This document shows positions 11,707 to 24,000 of a stretch of DNA of 64,000 bases, one piece after another (position 1 is the stretch's first letter; every line of letters starts with the position of its first letter). The notes under the pieces were generated by a model. The model was not told the origin of the DNA. It did no database searches and saw only the letters and a list, made by a program, of their open reading frames with translations. The DNA is from Rebecca billardiae RCC1528 (lineage: Eukaryota > Protista > Haptophyta), in assembly GCA_965240325.2 (NCBI GenBank), contig OZ251225.1, forward strand, positions 248,001-312,000, read 5' to 3'. The position numbers were made by a program, and so were the translations under genes.

Positions 11707-12205
11707 CTCCGCGCGTCACTTGCGCCTATCTCATCTCCGCGCGTTACTTGCGCCTACTATCTACTTCTCCGCGCGTTACTTGCGCCTGTCTCCGCGCGTC
11801 ACTTGCGCCTATCTACTTCTCCGCGCGTTACTTGCGCCTACTATATCTACTTCCCCACGCGTTTCTTGCGCCTGTCTCCGCGCGTCACTTGTGCCTATAC
11901 CTCCTCCGCGCGTTACTTGCGCCTATACTATCTACTTCTCCGCGCGTTACTTGCGCCTGTCTCCGCGCGTTACTTGCGCCTACTATATCTTCTCCGCGCG
12001 TTTACTTGCGCCTATCTTCTCCGCGCGTTACTTGCGCCTATGTCTCCGCGCGTTACTTGCGCCTACTATATCTTCTCCGCGCGTTACTTGCGCCTATCTT
12101 CTCCGCGCGTTACTTGCGCCTATCTCCTCCGCGCGTTACTTGCGCCTATGTCCTCCGCGCCTATCGTCTCCGCGCGCATCTTCTCCGCGCGTCACTCGCA
12201 CCTGT
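11707..12205 (+). repeat. Minisatellite: ~16-19 copies of a 21-bp core CTCCGCGCGTTACTTGCGCCT with 2-13-nt variable linkers
   Basis: About 16 full copies plus degenerate ones, counted by eye. Linkers such as gt, atctt and actatctactt recur. Confidence 0.92.
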
Positions 12206-12239
12206 CTTCTCATGCGCGCGCGCCGATCATCATCATGTG

Positions 12240-12566
12240 CGCGCGCCGATCATCACTTCGTGCTCAGCGTAACCATCGCATCATCATCCGGGTGCCGAGC
12301 GTGCCATCATCGCACACACCTTTCGGCGCGCTTACATGGGCGTACGTGGTGTCTGTGGCCGGGGCGTGGGGGACGACGTCGTCGGCGGGCTGGCGTTGAT
12401 ACCCGCGCGCGCCGATCATCATTCGTGCTCCGCGCAACCATCATCATCATTCGGGTGCCGAGTGCGCCATCCTCGCGCGCACCTTTCGGCGCGCTTACAT
12501 GGGTGTACGTGGTGTCTGTGGCCGGGGTGTCGGGGACGACGTTGTCGGCGGGCCGGCGTTGATACC
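12240..12566 (+). repeat. Tandem duplication, ~163-bp unit x2
   Basis: cgcgcgcgccgatcatca...gggtgccgag...cctttcggcgcgcttacatggg...ggcgttgatacc is repeated at offset ~163. Confidence 0.85.
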
Positions 12567-13765
12567 TGCGCCGCGTGGCGGCTCTGGCGGATGCAGCTCT
12601 CGCCGGTCGGCTGCCACTGCAGCGGGGCGCGCGCGCTGCTGGGCGTTTTCGGGCGCGAAAAGCGACGTGGCCCGCTGGCCACCTGCGGCGCTTTCACCTG
12701 GCCTTGGTCTTCCTCGCTCGTCACCTTCTGCGTCGCTCGAGCGCGGACGCGCTCATCATCGTCAATCACCTCCTGTCTATCGCTCGAACCGCTGCTTTCC
12801 GTTCCGTTCCGTTTCTACGCGCGTTCCTTTCCTCACGCCGAGCGTGCCTGGCCCTTCCCGCCACGCGCCACGCGTTCCTCTCCCATTCCTGTGCCATCTT
12901 CCTCACTCATCACCTCCTGCTTCGCTCGAGCGCTCGAACGTGGTCGCGTTCATCGTCAATCGCCTTGTGCCTCTCGCGCGAGCCGTTGCGGCGAATTCGT
13001 CACGCGCGCGCATGGTCATGCGCGCGCGCCGATCATCGCGTGACGATCATCATGCGCGCGCACCGACCAGCACCGATCATCATGCGCGCGCGCCGTCATG
13101 CGCGCGCGCCGAGTATCATGCGCCGTTTATCATGCGCGCGCTCCGATCCGCCCGCGCGTGCACCGCTCATCGTGCGCGCGCACCGATCGTCATTCGTGCG
13201 CCGCACGGCCATCACCATTCGCGCACCGTGCGCGTCACCTCGCACGCCCCTTTTCGGCGCGCTTTCACGGGCGCTCGTGCGGTCTGCAGGCGCGTGGTTG
13301 ACGACGTTGTCGGCAAGCCGACGTCGATACCTGCGCCTCATGTCGGCTCGGGTGTGTTCCGCGACGGCTCGGGCGCATGCGCTCTCGCCGGCCGGCGGCG
13401 GCGGCGGCAGTGCGCGCGTGCTGCTGGGCGGTTTCGTCGGGCAAGTGGACGGCGTGGCCTGCGGGTCACCTGCAGCGCTTCGCCTGGCCTGTGCCGGCGC
13501 GCGACGACGGGCGGGTTACGCCAGTGGTCCTGTGGTCCGCCGGTCGCTGCGGGCTCTCGGCGACCTCTGGCAGGGGCTGAGCGCAGTGAGCGCTGGGGGG
13601 GAGGGGGGGGGGCACCCAGTCCGCCGCTCCGCGGCCTCACACCGGCGGCGTGCGGCGTGGTGGTGGGCAGGGCGCTGCGCCTCTGGGGGTCGGGGCCGGG
13701 CCTGGCCTCGGCCGCGCCGGCCGACGCCGGCCACGCCGGCGTGGCGCCTGGCGCTGCGCCTCTTT

Positions 13766-13885
13766 GGGCGGGCGCTGCCTCGCCGCCCTGCCCCCCCCCG
13801 TGGCGACTGGCGGCCCCAGGCAACCCCTGCATCCGCCTATCGTAAACACCGGATCGCCAGAAGGAGCGCGACGCGCGCGCGGTTA
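13766..13885 (+). repeat. Split direct repeat B, copy 1 (120 bp)
   Basis: gggcgggcgctgcctcgcc...gcgcgcggtta; identical copy at offset 666. Confidence 0.95.
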
Positions 13886-13886
13886 T

Positions 13887-14348
13887 GGGGCGATGGCCGA
13901 CGCGACGGGAGTGGTGGGTTTGGCAGTCCGCGGCGGTTATCGCGTTATGACTGCCGCGTTGCTGCTCCGCCGCCGCCCGTGCCCCTCCCCGCTAGGTGGG
14001 CGTATACCTGGCCGGACGCGGGCTCGGCGCTCGCAGCGGCATCGCCGGAGTGACCGCACGGTGACGAGATGTGAGTCGGAAGCAGCTCGCCTTTGCGGCG
14101 CGGGTACCAAGCGGAAAGTGAGCGTACCTGCAGGCGGGCCGACCCTCGGCGTGACAGGCGCACCTTCGGGGCCGGTCAGGGCAGCCCACGTCGTGCAGCC
14201 GACCGCTTCCGCCGCGACTGCCCCCCGGCGCACCCTGCCCCGGCCGACGCCTGAGCACAGCGGCCCCGCCCGGGCCCGGGGCCCCCAGGCGGCAGGCCGC
14301 GGCGGCGCCGGCACACTCACGGACAGCCAGCGGCGCTCCTCCGCCTCC
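13887..14348 (+). repeat. Split direct repeat A, copy 2
   Basis: Matches 9670-10131 and is separated from B1 by a single T. Confidence 0.95.
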
Positions 14349-14431
14349 CGCCCGCCCTCCCTGGCGTGGGATCGCCGCGCTGGGGTGGGTGCGGCTTGAG
14401 TCAGCGTCCACGGGGGGGGCGATGTGCTGCC

Positions 14432-14551
14432 GGGCGGGCGCTGCCTCGCCGCCCTGCCCCCCCCCGTGGCGACTGGCGGCCCCAGGCAACCCCTGCATCC
14501 GCCTATCGTAAACACCGGATCGCCAGAAGGAGCGCGACGCGCGCGCGGTTA
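14432..14551 (+). repeat. Split direct repeat B, copy 2 (element right end)
   Basis: Matches 13766-13885. Confidence 0.95.
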
Positions 14552-15941
14552 GGGTTGATGGAATCCCGTAACAACGAAAATAATGCGGGCGGGTGGGAGG
14601 GAAAGAGCTTTGATTCCTGTGCAGAAGGAGGCGACCCTTGCTCACGTCGATCGCGAGCTCTCCATCCATAGGAGCTGCCAGCCCCCTCCTTCGAAGCGCG
14701 ACGCAAACACGTGTTTTCCGGCGGGCCCGCGCCCAGGTGCGCCGGCGCGAGGCGCAACCCCGCGCCCGTCCACGCTCCGCGCCCGGGGCGCGGCGCAGGA
14801 GGCGCGCCCGGCCCGGAGACTTCGCCGTCGCAGGGCGATGGCTGCCAATGCGGCGACCGCCGATGGATCGCCTCTGCCCGCTGCTCGGGGGCCGCACCCG
14901 GCCACGGTCCTCGCTCGGCGTGTGATCCTCGTGTGTCGCACAAGCCTCTGCCTTCGTGGGCTCCGCGTTTGGTCCCGGCTCCGCCTGTCCTCTCACTTCT
15001 GCACTGGCGCGCGCGCGCGCGCGCGGCGGCGATGACTGACCGTACTTCATCTACACTTCCTGTCGCGCGACAGTGTACCTCTGCATCATACGTACTGCCC
15101 GTACGGCTGCATCCGAGTACGTTTGTTCGTCCTGGATGTTCCATTTGCCAGCTACCTCTCTCCGAGGCCTCACGCGTTCGGCTGCCTACTGGGCCCTTGG
15201 CTGCCAGCTACGATCCGAATGGAGTCTCTCTTGCGCGCGCGCGCGGCGCGCGCGGCGCCGCCAACTCTGGTGAGAGCCTCCGCCTGTATCCTGCCTTACT
15301 GCCGGCCTCTACCGGCCGTCAGTGGCTATGTTGCCAAGGGCCGCCGACGGTTGGCCCGACTAAAGTTCTCGTTAGACACTGTGGTCTAAGAGGGGATATA
15401 TATATATATATATATTATTTAAAATATAAGCAGAATAAAAGCGCTATAGATCATCGTCGCGCGGCGTCAGCGCGTCGTATAGTAGTCTTACTCTTAAGTA
15501 GTCTTTGATCACTAGGAAAAAGGACGGGAGCGGGTGATATGACGATGATATGATTATGAAGTGATCTGCGAGCGGCGAGTCCGCGCGACGATGGCGAGTA
15601 TAGGTCGTGTAGCAGCATATGCTACGGGCGCCACGCCGTGCAGTCCGGCTATACTCTCGCCCGTGCTCGCTCAGCGGCTCAGTCATCGCGCTCCGCGGCC
15701 CCGTCGTGGCGGTCTGACACCGCCGCCGCGGCGCGGCACTCCCCGGGGCGACGCGCGCAGCCGGGCCCTTGCACTCACGCACTCGGCATCGACGCGGCGG
15801 CGAGGCTGCAGTGTCAGTGTGCCGTGACGGAGCTGGTGGCACGTAGCTGCACCGCGGGCCCCCAACTACGTTGGTTCTGACGCGGAAGAGGACCGCGGAA
15901 CGCGGTCATATATGACGATGAGGATGACGACGCGATATATG

Positions 15942-17959
15942 CTATCGTCCACCGACCAGCGTTTGCAGGCAGCGTCCAGCGAGCGACGCGAGCGCCTCGT
16001 TGATCGCGTCGCCCACGGACGCGCCAAAGTGCACCGTGCGCCGCGCAGCGGACTCAGCGCCGAGGCGCGTGAGCGTGAGCAGCGGCTCGACGAGCGCGAG
16101 CCGCTGCGCCTCGGCGAGCCCCCAGCTGAGCATCATGCGCCGCGTCTTGGCGCGGCCGAAGCGGTAGCCGTACGCGAGTGCGGAGAGGCAGCACGCGCAC
16201 ACGGTCACCACCGAGATGAGCCAGCCGAGAGCCGTGCGCACGTGCGCGCCGCACGACGCGTGGCACGCCAGCCGCGCGAGGCGCGGCGCCCACGCCTGCG
16301 CGCGCGCCGCGCGCCGCGCGCTCGCGCGCGCCTCCGCGTCCACGCGCGCCGCGTACCACGCGCACAGCGCGCGGAACGAGACGGCGCCGTCCCGCCCGTC
16401 CGCGGCGCCGAGCGTGGGTAGCGCGCGCGCCACGGCCCACCGCCCAAAGCCGAGCTCCTCGAGGAAGCGGCGCGCGACGGCCGGGTGCACACAGCCGGTG
16501 AGCATCGGGTCTGCGAGCACAAAGCGGTAGCGCAGCAGCGAGGCGGAGGCGGAGTCGAGGCCGTGCGCGTGCGGCGCGGCGAGGACGGAGAGGCTCGCCA
16601 GGCTCGAGTGCGTCAGCTCGGACGCAGTCCCGACCGAGACGGCGGCGCCGCTCTCGCGCGCCGGCCGCGCGCGCGCGCTCGGCTGCTGTGCGCGCGCGCT
16701 CGGCTCCTCGCTGGCCGTCGAGAGCCGGGCGCCGAGGAGGCGCGCCGGCTGCGGCGAGAGCCCGGCGGCACGCAGCCGCTCCGACTCGGTGGGCGCCTCG
16801 AAGCGCGAGCTCGCCGAGGGCAGGTGCGGTGGCGGTGCGAGAGGCGCGGAGATGGCGCGCGCGTGCGCCGGAGCGGGAGTCGGCGCGGCCGGCGCGCGCG
16901 AGGGCAGCGAGGGCAGCGAGGGCAGCGAGGGCGCTTCCGACTGACTCCGCCAGCCGGGCTGCGAGGGCAGCGGCAGCCGATGCCGCCCGGCCGAGCGCGC
17001 GCGCCGCCAGCCGTCCTCGAGGCTGGGCGGCGCGCGCAGCGGGATGACGCGGTCGTCGGCGTGCGGCGGCGCGGGCGCGGGCGGCGAGAGCGGCGGCGAG
17101 CGCGGCGAGCCAGCGCGGGCCGCAGCCCCTCCGCCCTCGAGGCCGTGGCGCGCGCAGACGCCCGACGGCGGCTGCTGCGCAATGGGCGGCAGCGCGGCGG
17201 AGGGCGCGGCCGAGGCGCCCGCCAGCTGGGCGGGCGAGGCGCGGCCGGAGAGCAGGTGCAGCGGCGAGCCGCGCCCGCCGGAGAGGTGCGGCGACGCCCA
17301 CGCCCACGTCACGCTCGAGCCCGACATGCTCGAGAGCCGTCCGCTCGGACCGCTGCCGGACGCGCGCGCCGGCCGAGCGCGCGCGCGCGGCTCTGCGGCC
17401 GGGTGCGCGCGCGGATGGCCGGGCGCGTGCCCGGCGTCAGAGCGCCGCTCGCTGCTGCCCTGGCTGGGCGGCGAGCCGTGCCGTCCACGCCCGGCCGCCC
17501 GCTGCGCGCCGCTGCCACCACTGCCGCCATCGCCCGCGGCCGCGGCCGCTTGCGCGCTCCCGCCGCCCAGCGCGACCGCGCGCGTGCGAGCGGGTGCGGT
17601 CGAGTGCTCCGGTGAGCGCGGCGGGCGAGGCGGGAGGACGAGCGGGCGGCCTGCCGAGCCGAGCGGGGGCAGCGGCCTGGGCGGCGTGTCCGGGCAGCTG
17701 TCGAGCGACGCGGGCTCGCGCGGAGCAAACGGCTGCGGCGAAGCAGCACCAGTCGCGGCGCGCGCGCGCGGCGCCTCCCGGCGGCGGCCGAGGGGCGGCG
17801 CAGACGCAGACGCAGACGCAGAGGGCCGCCGCCGCGCCGCGGGCAGCTCGGTGCTGCGCCGCGCGGCGCGCGCGGTGTGCTCGAGCATGCGTGCCGTGTG
17901 CTCGCGCAGCGCACGCTCCGTGAGCGCGCTCGGCACCGAGCCGAGCGCACTCGCCGGCG

Positions 17960-18011
<52 letters not shown>

Positions 18012-21000
18012 CGCGGGGTCTGGCAGCTCGTCGGCGGAGACGCGCGAGCGCACGCCTTCGGGCGCCGCGCCGGCGCGCGCGAGCGCCATCGCCGCGGAGC
18101 AGCTCCGCTCGGAGCCATCGGAGCTGGAGCCGCTGCCGCCCGCGTCGCGCACGCCCGCCGGCGCGGCCGCGGGTGCGGGTGCGGCCGCGCCCCGTGCGCA
18201 CCGCGCGGGCGGGTCGGGCGGCGAGTCGGCAGACACGGCGATGGCGACGGGCGAGGGCTGCTGGCGGCGTGACGGGCGGACGCGCTCGTGCGCACCGCCC
18301 GCGGGCGCGGCCGCGCGGCCCCGCCGGTCCCACCAGCTGAGCTCGCGGCGCGGTGCGGCGCGGCCGGCGCGCCCGCGCGCCCGCGCCCCTTGCTCGGGCG
18401 CCGGCTCGGGTGCGCCGAGCGCGGCCGCGCGCACGCGCACCGCCTCGGCATACACGAGCCGCGCGCGCTCGGCGCGGCTGAGCACCCTCTGCGCGGCGCC
18501 CTGCCGCGGCCTGCGCACGAACAGCGCCTTGACGACGAAGAGCAGCGGCGCGCTGAGCAGCGCGGTCGTCGCCGCGGCGAGCAGCTCGTGGATCAGCACA
18601 ACGGGCGCGCCCTCGGGCGCGTCGTCGTAGAGCGCGCACGAGAGCACGAGGCCGAGCGCAGCCGCCGCCCAGAAGAGGATGGCGAGCTCGGAGGGCAGGA
18701 GCAAGGGCTCGCGCCGGCCGAGCAGCGCGCCGAGCAGCGTGTGCTCCGACCCCGCACGCGCTGCGAGCGCGCGCGCGAGCCCGAGCGCGTCCGCGCCGCT
18801 CAGCCGCCGCGCGGGCGCCCACAGCGCCGCGAGCCGCGAGCGCTTGCCACCGCCGCCGCCGCCGCCGCCGGGCAGCGAGCTCGCCGCGTGCGACTCCGCC
18901 TCGTCGACCGCCGCCCTGCGCGCGAGCAGCCCGCGGACGTACCGCTGGATCTCGCACGCGGCGTGCTGCTCGGCGAGCGCGGCGAGGAGCGCGGGCGAGA
19001 TCTCCGCATCGCCGCCGGCCGAGGCGGCCGCGCCGGGTGCGCGCGCGCCGTGCATGCTGAGCGCGCGCCGGAAGACGCGCTGCCCCGCGGGCTGCTCCTC
19101 CTCCGCGCCCTCGTCCGCGACCACCTGCGCGGCCTTGCGCCGCGCGGCCTGCCGGTCGCGGCAGCCGAGCGCGCACACGGACGCGAGGCACGCCGCGGCG
19201 AGGCTGCCGATCAGCGCGTGCAGCGTCGGGTCGCGCTCGGCCGCGGGCGCGAGCAGCGCGCCCGCCACGTCGTCCGCGCCGAGCGGCTCGAGCCTGAACG
19301 CCTTGGCGTCGTCGAGCGCGTCCGCCGCCGAGTCGGGCACGTCGAGCGCCACGCCGGCAAACTCGGTGAGGTGGTCGCACGCGCACCAGAGGAGCGTGGA
19401 GCCGTCCGCCGGCAGCGTCGTGCACCCGTCCGCCACCCACGCGCCACGTGCCAGGTCCCACCAGCGGCACTCCGTCACCGCGCCCGCCGCCGCCACCGAG
19501 CCGTTCGGAGCGCCCGCCGCGGCCGGCGGCAGCGGCGGGATGCCGAGCAGCAGCGGCTCGGCCAGCCCCGAGATGGCCAGCGCCGAGCCGCTGGCCGCGG
19601 AGGCGAGCGTGACCGAGAAGACGCTCGTCGCGGTGGGCGTGGCCGCCGAGCCGTTCAGCGCCGCGTCCGCCGCTGGCGCGCGCAGGCCCGCTCTGCCCAC
19701 GCTCCACAGCAGCACGTCCACGCCCGAGCCGCCCAGCGCCGACGCGTCGACGCCGGCGAGCGCGCTCGGCGGCACGCGCAGCGCGCCCGCGCCGCCCGCG
19801 GCGGCGAGGCTGGCGTTGAGCAGCGCGGACGGCGCGAGCCGCGCGGCGGACACGTTGAGCGCCGCGCCCACCGCCGTGACCGCCTGCTCGCCAGGCAGTG
19901 CCCCGACCAGCAGCGAGCGAGCAAGGCTGTGCGCGGCGGTGGCCGCAGCCGCGCCCACCGCGGCCGCCTGCGCGCGTGTGAGCGCGTCTGCGGGCGCGCT
20001 GAGCGCCGCGTCCATCGCGTCGAAGAGCGCGGCGCCCTCGGCCGCGCCCACGCCCGTCTCCGCCGCCGCCGCGCCGATGGCCGCGGCCTGCGCCAGCGCG
20101 CTCAGCTGCACCTCGCCCGCCGCGAGCGCTTCAGTCGGCGCCGCGCTCAGCACCGCGCGCAGCGCCGCGGCCGTGTGCGCGCGCGATGCCTCCTCGTCGA
20201 GGGCGCCCGCGCCCGCCGCGCCCGCCGTGAGCTCGAGCAGCGAGATCGAGGTTGCGACCTCGGCATCCAGCGACGCGTTGGCAGGCACGGGGCCGCCCAG
20301 CTCGGCAGCGATCGCGCCGGCGAGCTGCAGCGAGCGAGTCGTGTCGCCCGCGGCGAGCGCGAGCTGTGCGCGCGCCACCGCCGCGCTCACGGCCGCGTCC
20401 GCCACCGCGCCGCCCGAGCCGGGCACGGCGGCGTCAGCTGCGGCGGCGGCGTCGGCGCGGAGCGAGTACACGCGCACGGACGTCGCCGCGCGCGCGCTCG
20501 CGCCCAGCGCGTCCGCCACGCGCACGTACAGCGTGCGGTTGCCCGCGGGCAGCAGCGCGAGCGCGTGCGCCGAGCGCTGCGCCGCGCCGAGCGCCGCGGC
20601 CGCGCCCTCGTCCGCAGCCGCGTGCGAGAAGGCGTAGCTCAGCGGCAGGTCGTCCGCGTCGTCGTCCGTCCAGCTGATCGCGCGCAGCGCAAACAGCGTG
20701 AGCGCGGCGACGCCGTGCGCCGGCGAGACCGCCAGCGCCCCGCCGTGCGGCGGCCGGTTGACCACCACGACCAGCTCCGCGACCGCCGCGCCGCCGGCCG
20801 CGCCGTCCGCGCGCCGCGTCGCGCGCACCTCGAACGCGTAGGTCGCGCCCGGGCTGAGCGCGCCGCTGCGGAAGGCGAGCGCGGGCTGCGCGGCGCCCGT
20901 CGTCGTGACGCCGGCGCTGTCGGCCAGGTCGATCGACGCGGGCGCGCGCGCGCCGCCCGCGCCCACGAGCCACGCGCGCCACGCAAAGTCGTGCGCCGCC

Positions 21001-24000
21001 TCCGCCTCTGCGCCGTCGGCGAGCTCGGCGTCCGCGGCGGCGTCGATGGTGGCGCGGAGGACGAGGCGACCGCTGCTGCGCTGCCACGTGGGCGCAGCCT
21101 TGCGCGCGGCGAGCGGCGCAAGGCGCAGTGCCGGCAGCGGCGCCGCGGCCGCCGCCACCTCGACAATCGCCTCTGCCGCCGCGGGCGCGAGCGCGGGCGC
21201 GCCGGGCGCGGACACGAGCACGCGCACGAGATACGCTGCGCCGTGCGGCAGCGCGCTCGGCGGCAGCAGCAGCGTGGGCGAGGTGGCGTTGGCGAGGTCG
21301 AGTTCGACGGGCGCGCCGTCTGCCGCGCGCGCCACAGCCCACGCGAACGCGAGCCCGCCGCCTGCCGCCTCGTTCGGGTTGGCCGAGGCGGAGGCGTCCA
21401 GCCACACTGCGTCGGCGCCGCCCACGCGCGCGGCGCTTGGCGTGAGCGCGGCGCGCAGCGGCAAGTAGGGCACGCGCAGCGAGACGTCGGCGCTCGCGCT
21501 GAGCTCGGGCGCCGCGGCCATCGTCGCGAGCACGCGCAGCGTGTACGCGTGCCCCGCGCTGAGCGCCCACGGCGGCAGCCGCAGCGTCGCGCCGGCGGCA
21601 TCGCTCAGGTCGGGCACGCGTGGCGCCGCGGCACTCGGCGCGGCCGAGCTGCCGGCGCCGTCATCGCGCGTCACGTTGAGCACCGCCCAGCCGAAGCGCA
21701 CCTGCGCGGAGAGCGTGGATGGCCAGCACGGGGACAGCTCAACGTTCGCCGAGAGCCGCACGGCGCTGTTTGCGCGCGCGAGCACGCCCGACGACCGCCC
21801 ATCCACCTCGACGCTCGGGCCGTCCGGCGGCGCGCGCGCCACGGCGTGAGTCGCGGGCGCGGACGCGATGCCGAGCGCGGAGGTGAGGACGAGGGAGAAG
21901 ACGAAGCCGCCCTCGGCGCCGAGCGCGGACGGGCCGAGCTCGAGCACCGCCTGCGTCGGCGGCAGCGCCTCGAGCAACGCCGACAACGCCGCCACCGTCG
22001 CGGCGGGCGGCGGGTCTGCCGCGAGCGGCGCCACGCGCCACTCAAAGGAGAGAGGCAAGACACCGCCTCCGCCGCCCACGCCGCCGACGAGGCGGAGGGA
22101 GGCGCCGGCGCACGCCGCAACGACGCGTGCCCCGGACACGCTTGCGATGGGCGCGGCGCACGCCGAGCTCACGCCGCACGGGGCGTCCGCCGAGATCACC
22201 ACGCTCGCCGCAGCCGCGTACGCGTGCGCCGCGCACGGCGCCGCGGGCGCGCGCGCCGCGCACGCGACGTGGGCGATGACCCCAGCGCGCACGCCCACGC
22301 GGTCGCCCGGCCGGACGCGCGAGGCCGCGCGCAGGTTCACGACGAGCGAGCGGTCGTCCCGCCAGTAGCACTGCCGCTCGCCTGCGCCGCCGTCGGCCGC
22401 GTCGGCCGCGGCCGAGTCGCCGGCCACGAGGCCGAGCGTCTCGTCGTCGAGCAGCGGCGCGCACCGCGCCAGCCCGGCGTTCAGCCCGCCGCGGTCGGTC
22501 GGCGCGTCGAAGCGGAGCACGAGGCTGGTGGCGCTCGAGTCGAACGCGGCGGAGAGTAGGGCCGGCGCGGCGAGCGGCGGCGGCGGCGGCGGTGCCGACG
22601 GCGGCGGCGGCGGCGGGCCTGGCGGCGGGCTCGGCGGCGGCAGCGGAGGCTGGAGCGGTGGCGGCGCGCTCGGCGGTGGCGCTGACTCGCCGGAGGGCGG
22701 TGGGCTTGACGGCGGGCTCGGTGACGGTGGCGCGAGCAGCAGGCTCGGCGGAGGGCTTGGCGGCGGGCTGGGTGGCGGCGGCGCACGTGGCGGCGAAGGA
22801 GGCGGACTGGGCGGCGGGTTCGGTGGCGGTGGCGCTGGTGGCGGCGACAGAGGCGGGCTTGGAGGCGGGCTCGGTGGCGAAGGCGCAGGTGGCGGCGAAG
22901 GAGGCGGGCTTGGAGGCGGGCTCGGTGGTGACGGCGCAGGTGGCGGCGACGGAGGCGGGCTTGGAGGCGGGCTCGGTGGCGGCGGGGCCAGCGGCGGCGA
23001 GGGCGGCGGGCTCGGTGGCGGGCTCGGTGGTGGCGGCGCAGGTGGCGGCGACGGAGGCGGGCTGGGCGGCGGGCTGGGCGGTGGTGGCGCCGGTGGCAGC
23101 GACGGAGGCGGGCTCGGAGGCGGGTTCGGTGGCGGTGGCACAGGTGGCGGCGACGGAGACGGGCTGGGCGGCGGGCTCGGTGGCGGCGGCGCACGTGGCG
23201 GCGACGGAGGCGGACTGGGCGGCGGGTTCGGTGGCGGTGGCGCAGGTGGCGGCGACAGAGGCGGGCTTGGAGGCGGGCTCAGTGGCGGCGGCGCCGGTGG
23301 CGGCGACGGAGGCGGGCTTGGCGGCGGGTTCGGTGGCGGCGGCGCCGGTGGCGGCGACGGAGGCGGGCTGGGCGGCGGGCTCGGCGGCGGTGGCGCAGGT
23401 GGCAGCGACGGAGGCGGGCTGGGCGGCGGGCTCGGCGCCGGTGGCGCAGGTGGCGGCGACGGAGGCGGGCTCGGAGGCGGGTTCGGTTGCGGCTTCGCAC
23501 GTGGCGGCGACGGAGGCGGACTGGGCGGCGGATTCGGTGGCGGTGGCGCAGGTGGCGGCGACAGAGGCGGGCTTGGAGGCGGGCTCGGTGGTGGCGGCGC
23601 AGGTGGCGGCGAAGGAGGCGGGCTTGGAGGCGGGCTCGGCGGCGGCGGCGCCGGTGGCGGCGACGGAGGCGGGCTTGGAGGCGGGTTCGGTTGCGGTGGC
23701 GCAGGTGATGGCGACGGAGGTGGGCTCGGCGGCGGGCTCGGTGGCGGCGGAGCAGGTGGCGGGCTCGGAGGTGGGCTTGGAGGCAAGCTCGGCGGCGGCG
23801 GCGCCGGTGGCGGCGACGGAGGCGGGCTTGGCGGCGGGTTCGGAGGCGGCGGCGCCGGTGGCGGCGACGGAGGCGGGCCGGGCGGCGGGCTCGGCGGCGG
23901 TGGCGAAGGTGGCGGCGACGGAGGCGGGCTGGGCGGCGGGCTCAGCGGCGGTGGCGCAGGTGGCGGCGACGGAGGCGGGCTCGGCGGCGGGCTCGGTGGC

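Larger units (their letters stand above)
9670..14551. mobile_element. Non-autonomous split-direct-repeat element (TOC1/PAT/Ngaro-type YR retrotransposon architecture), ~4.9 kb
   Basis: 462-bp repeat A at 9670-10131 and 13887-14348. 120-bp repeat B at 13766-13885 and 14432-14551. Order is A1-internal-B1-A2-83 bp unique-B2. The interior consists of tandem repeats with no credible RT or YR ORF. Confidence 0.75.

Noticed and set aside
11707-12205. CRISPR-like repeat-spacer appearance
   Set aside because: Linkers are only 2-13 nt, low-complexity and recurrent; there are no cas genes and the context is eukaryotic.
9589-15508. Many 200-490-aa ORFs within and around the split-repeat element
   Set aside because: They are low-complexity translations of repeats with no RT (YxDD), RNase H or tyrosine-recombinase motifs.
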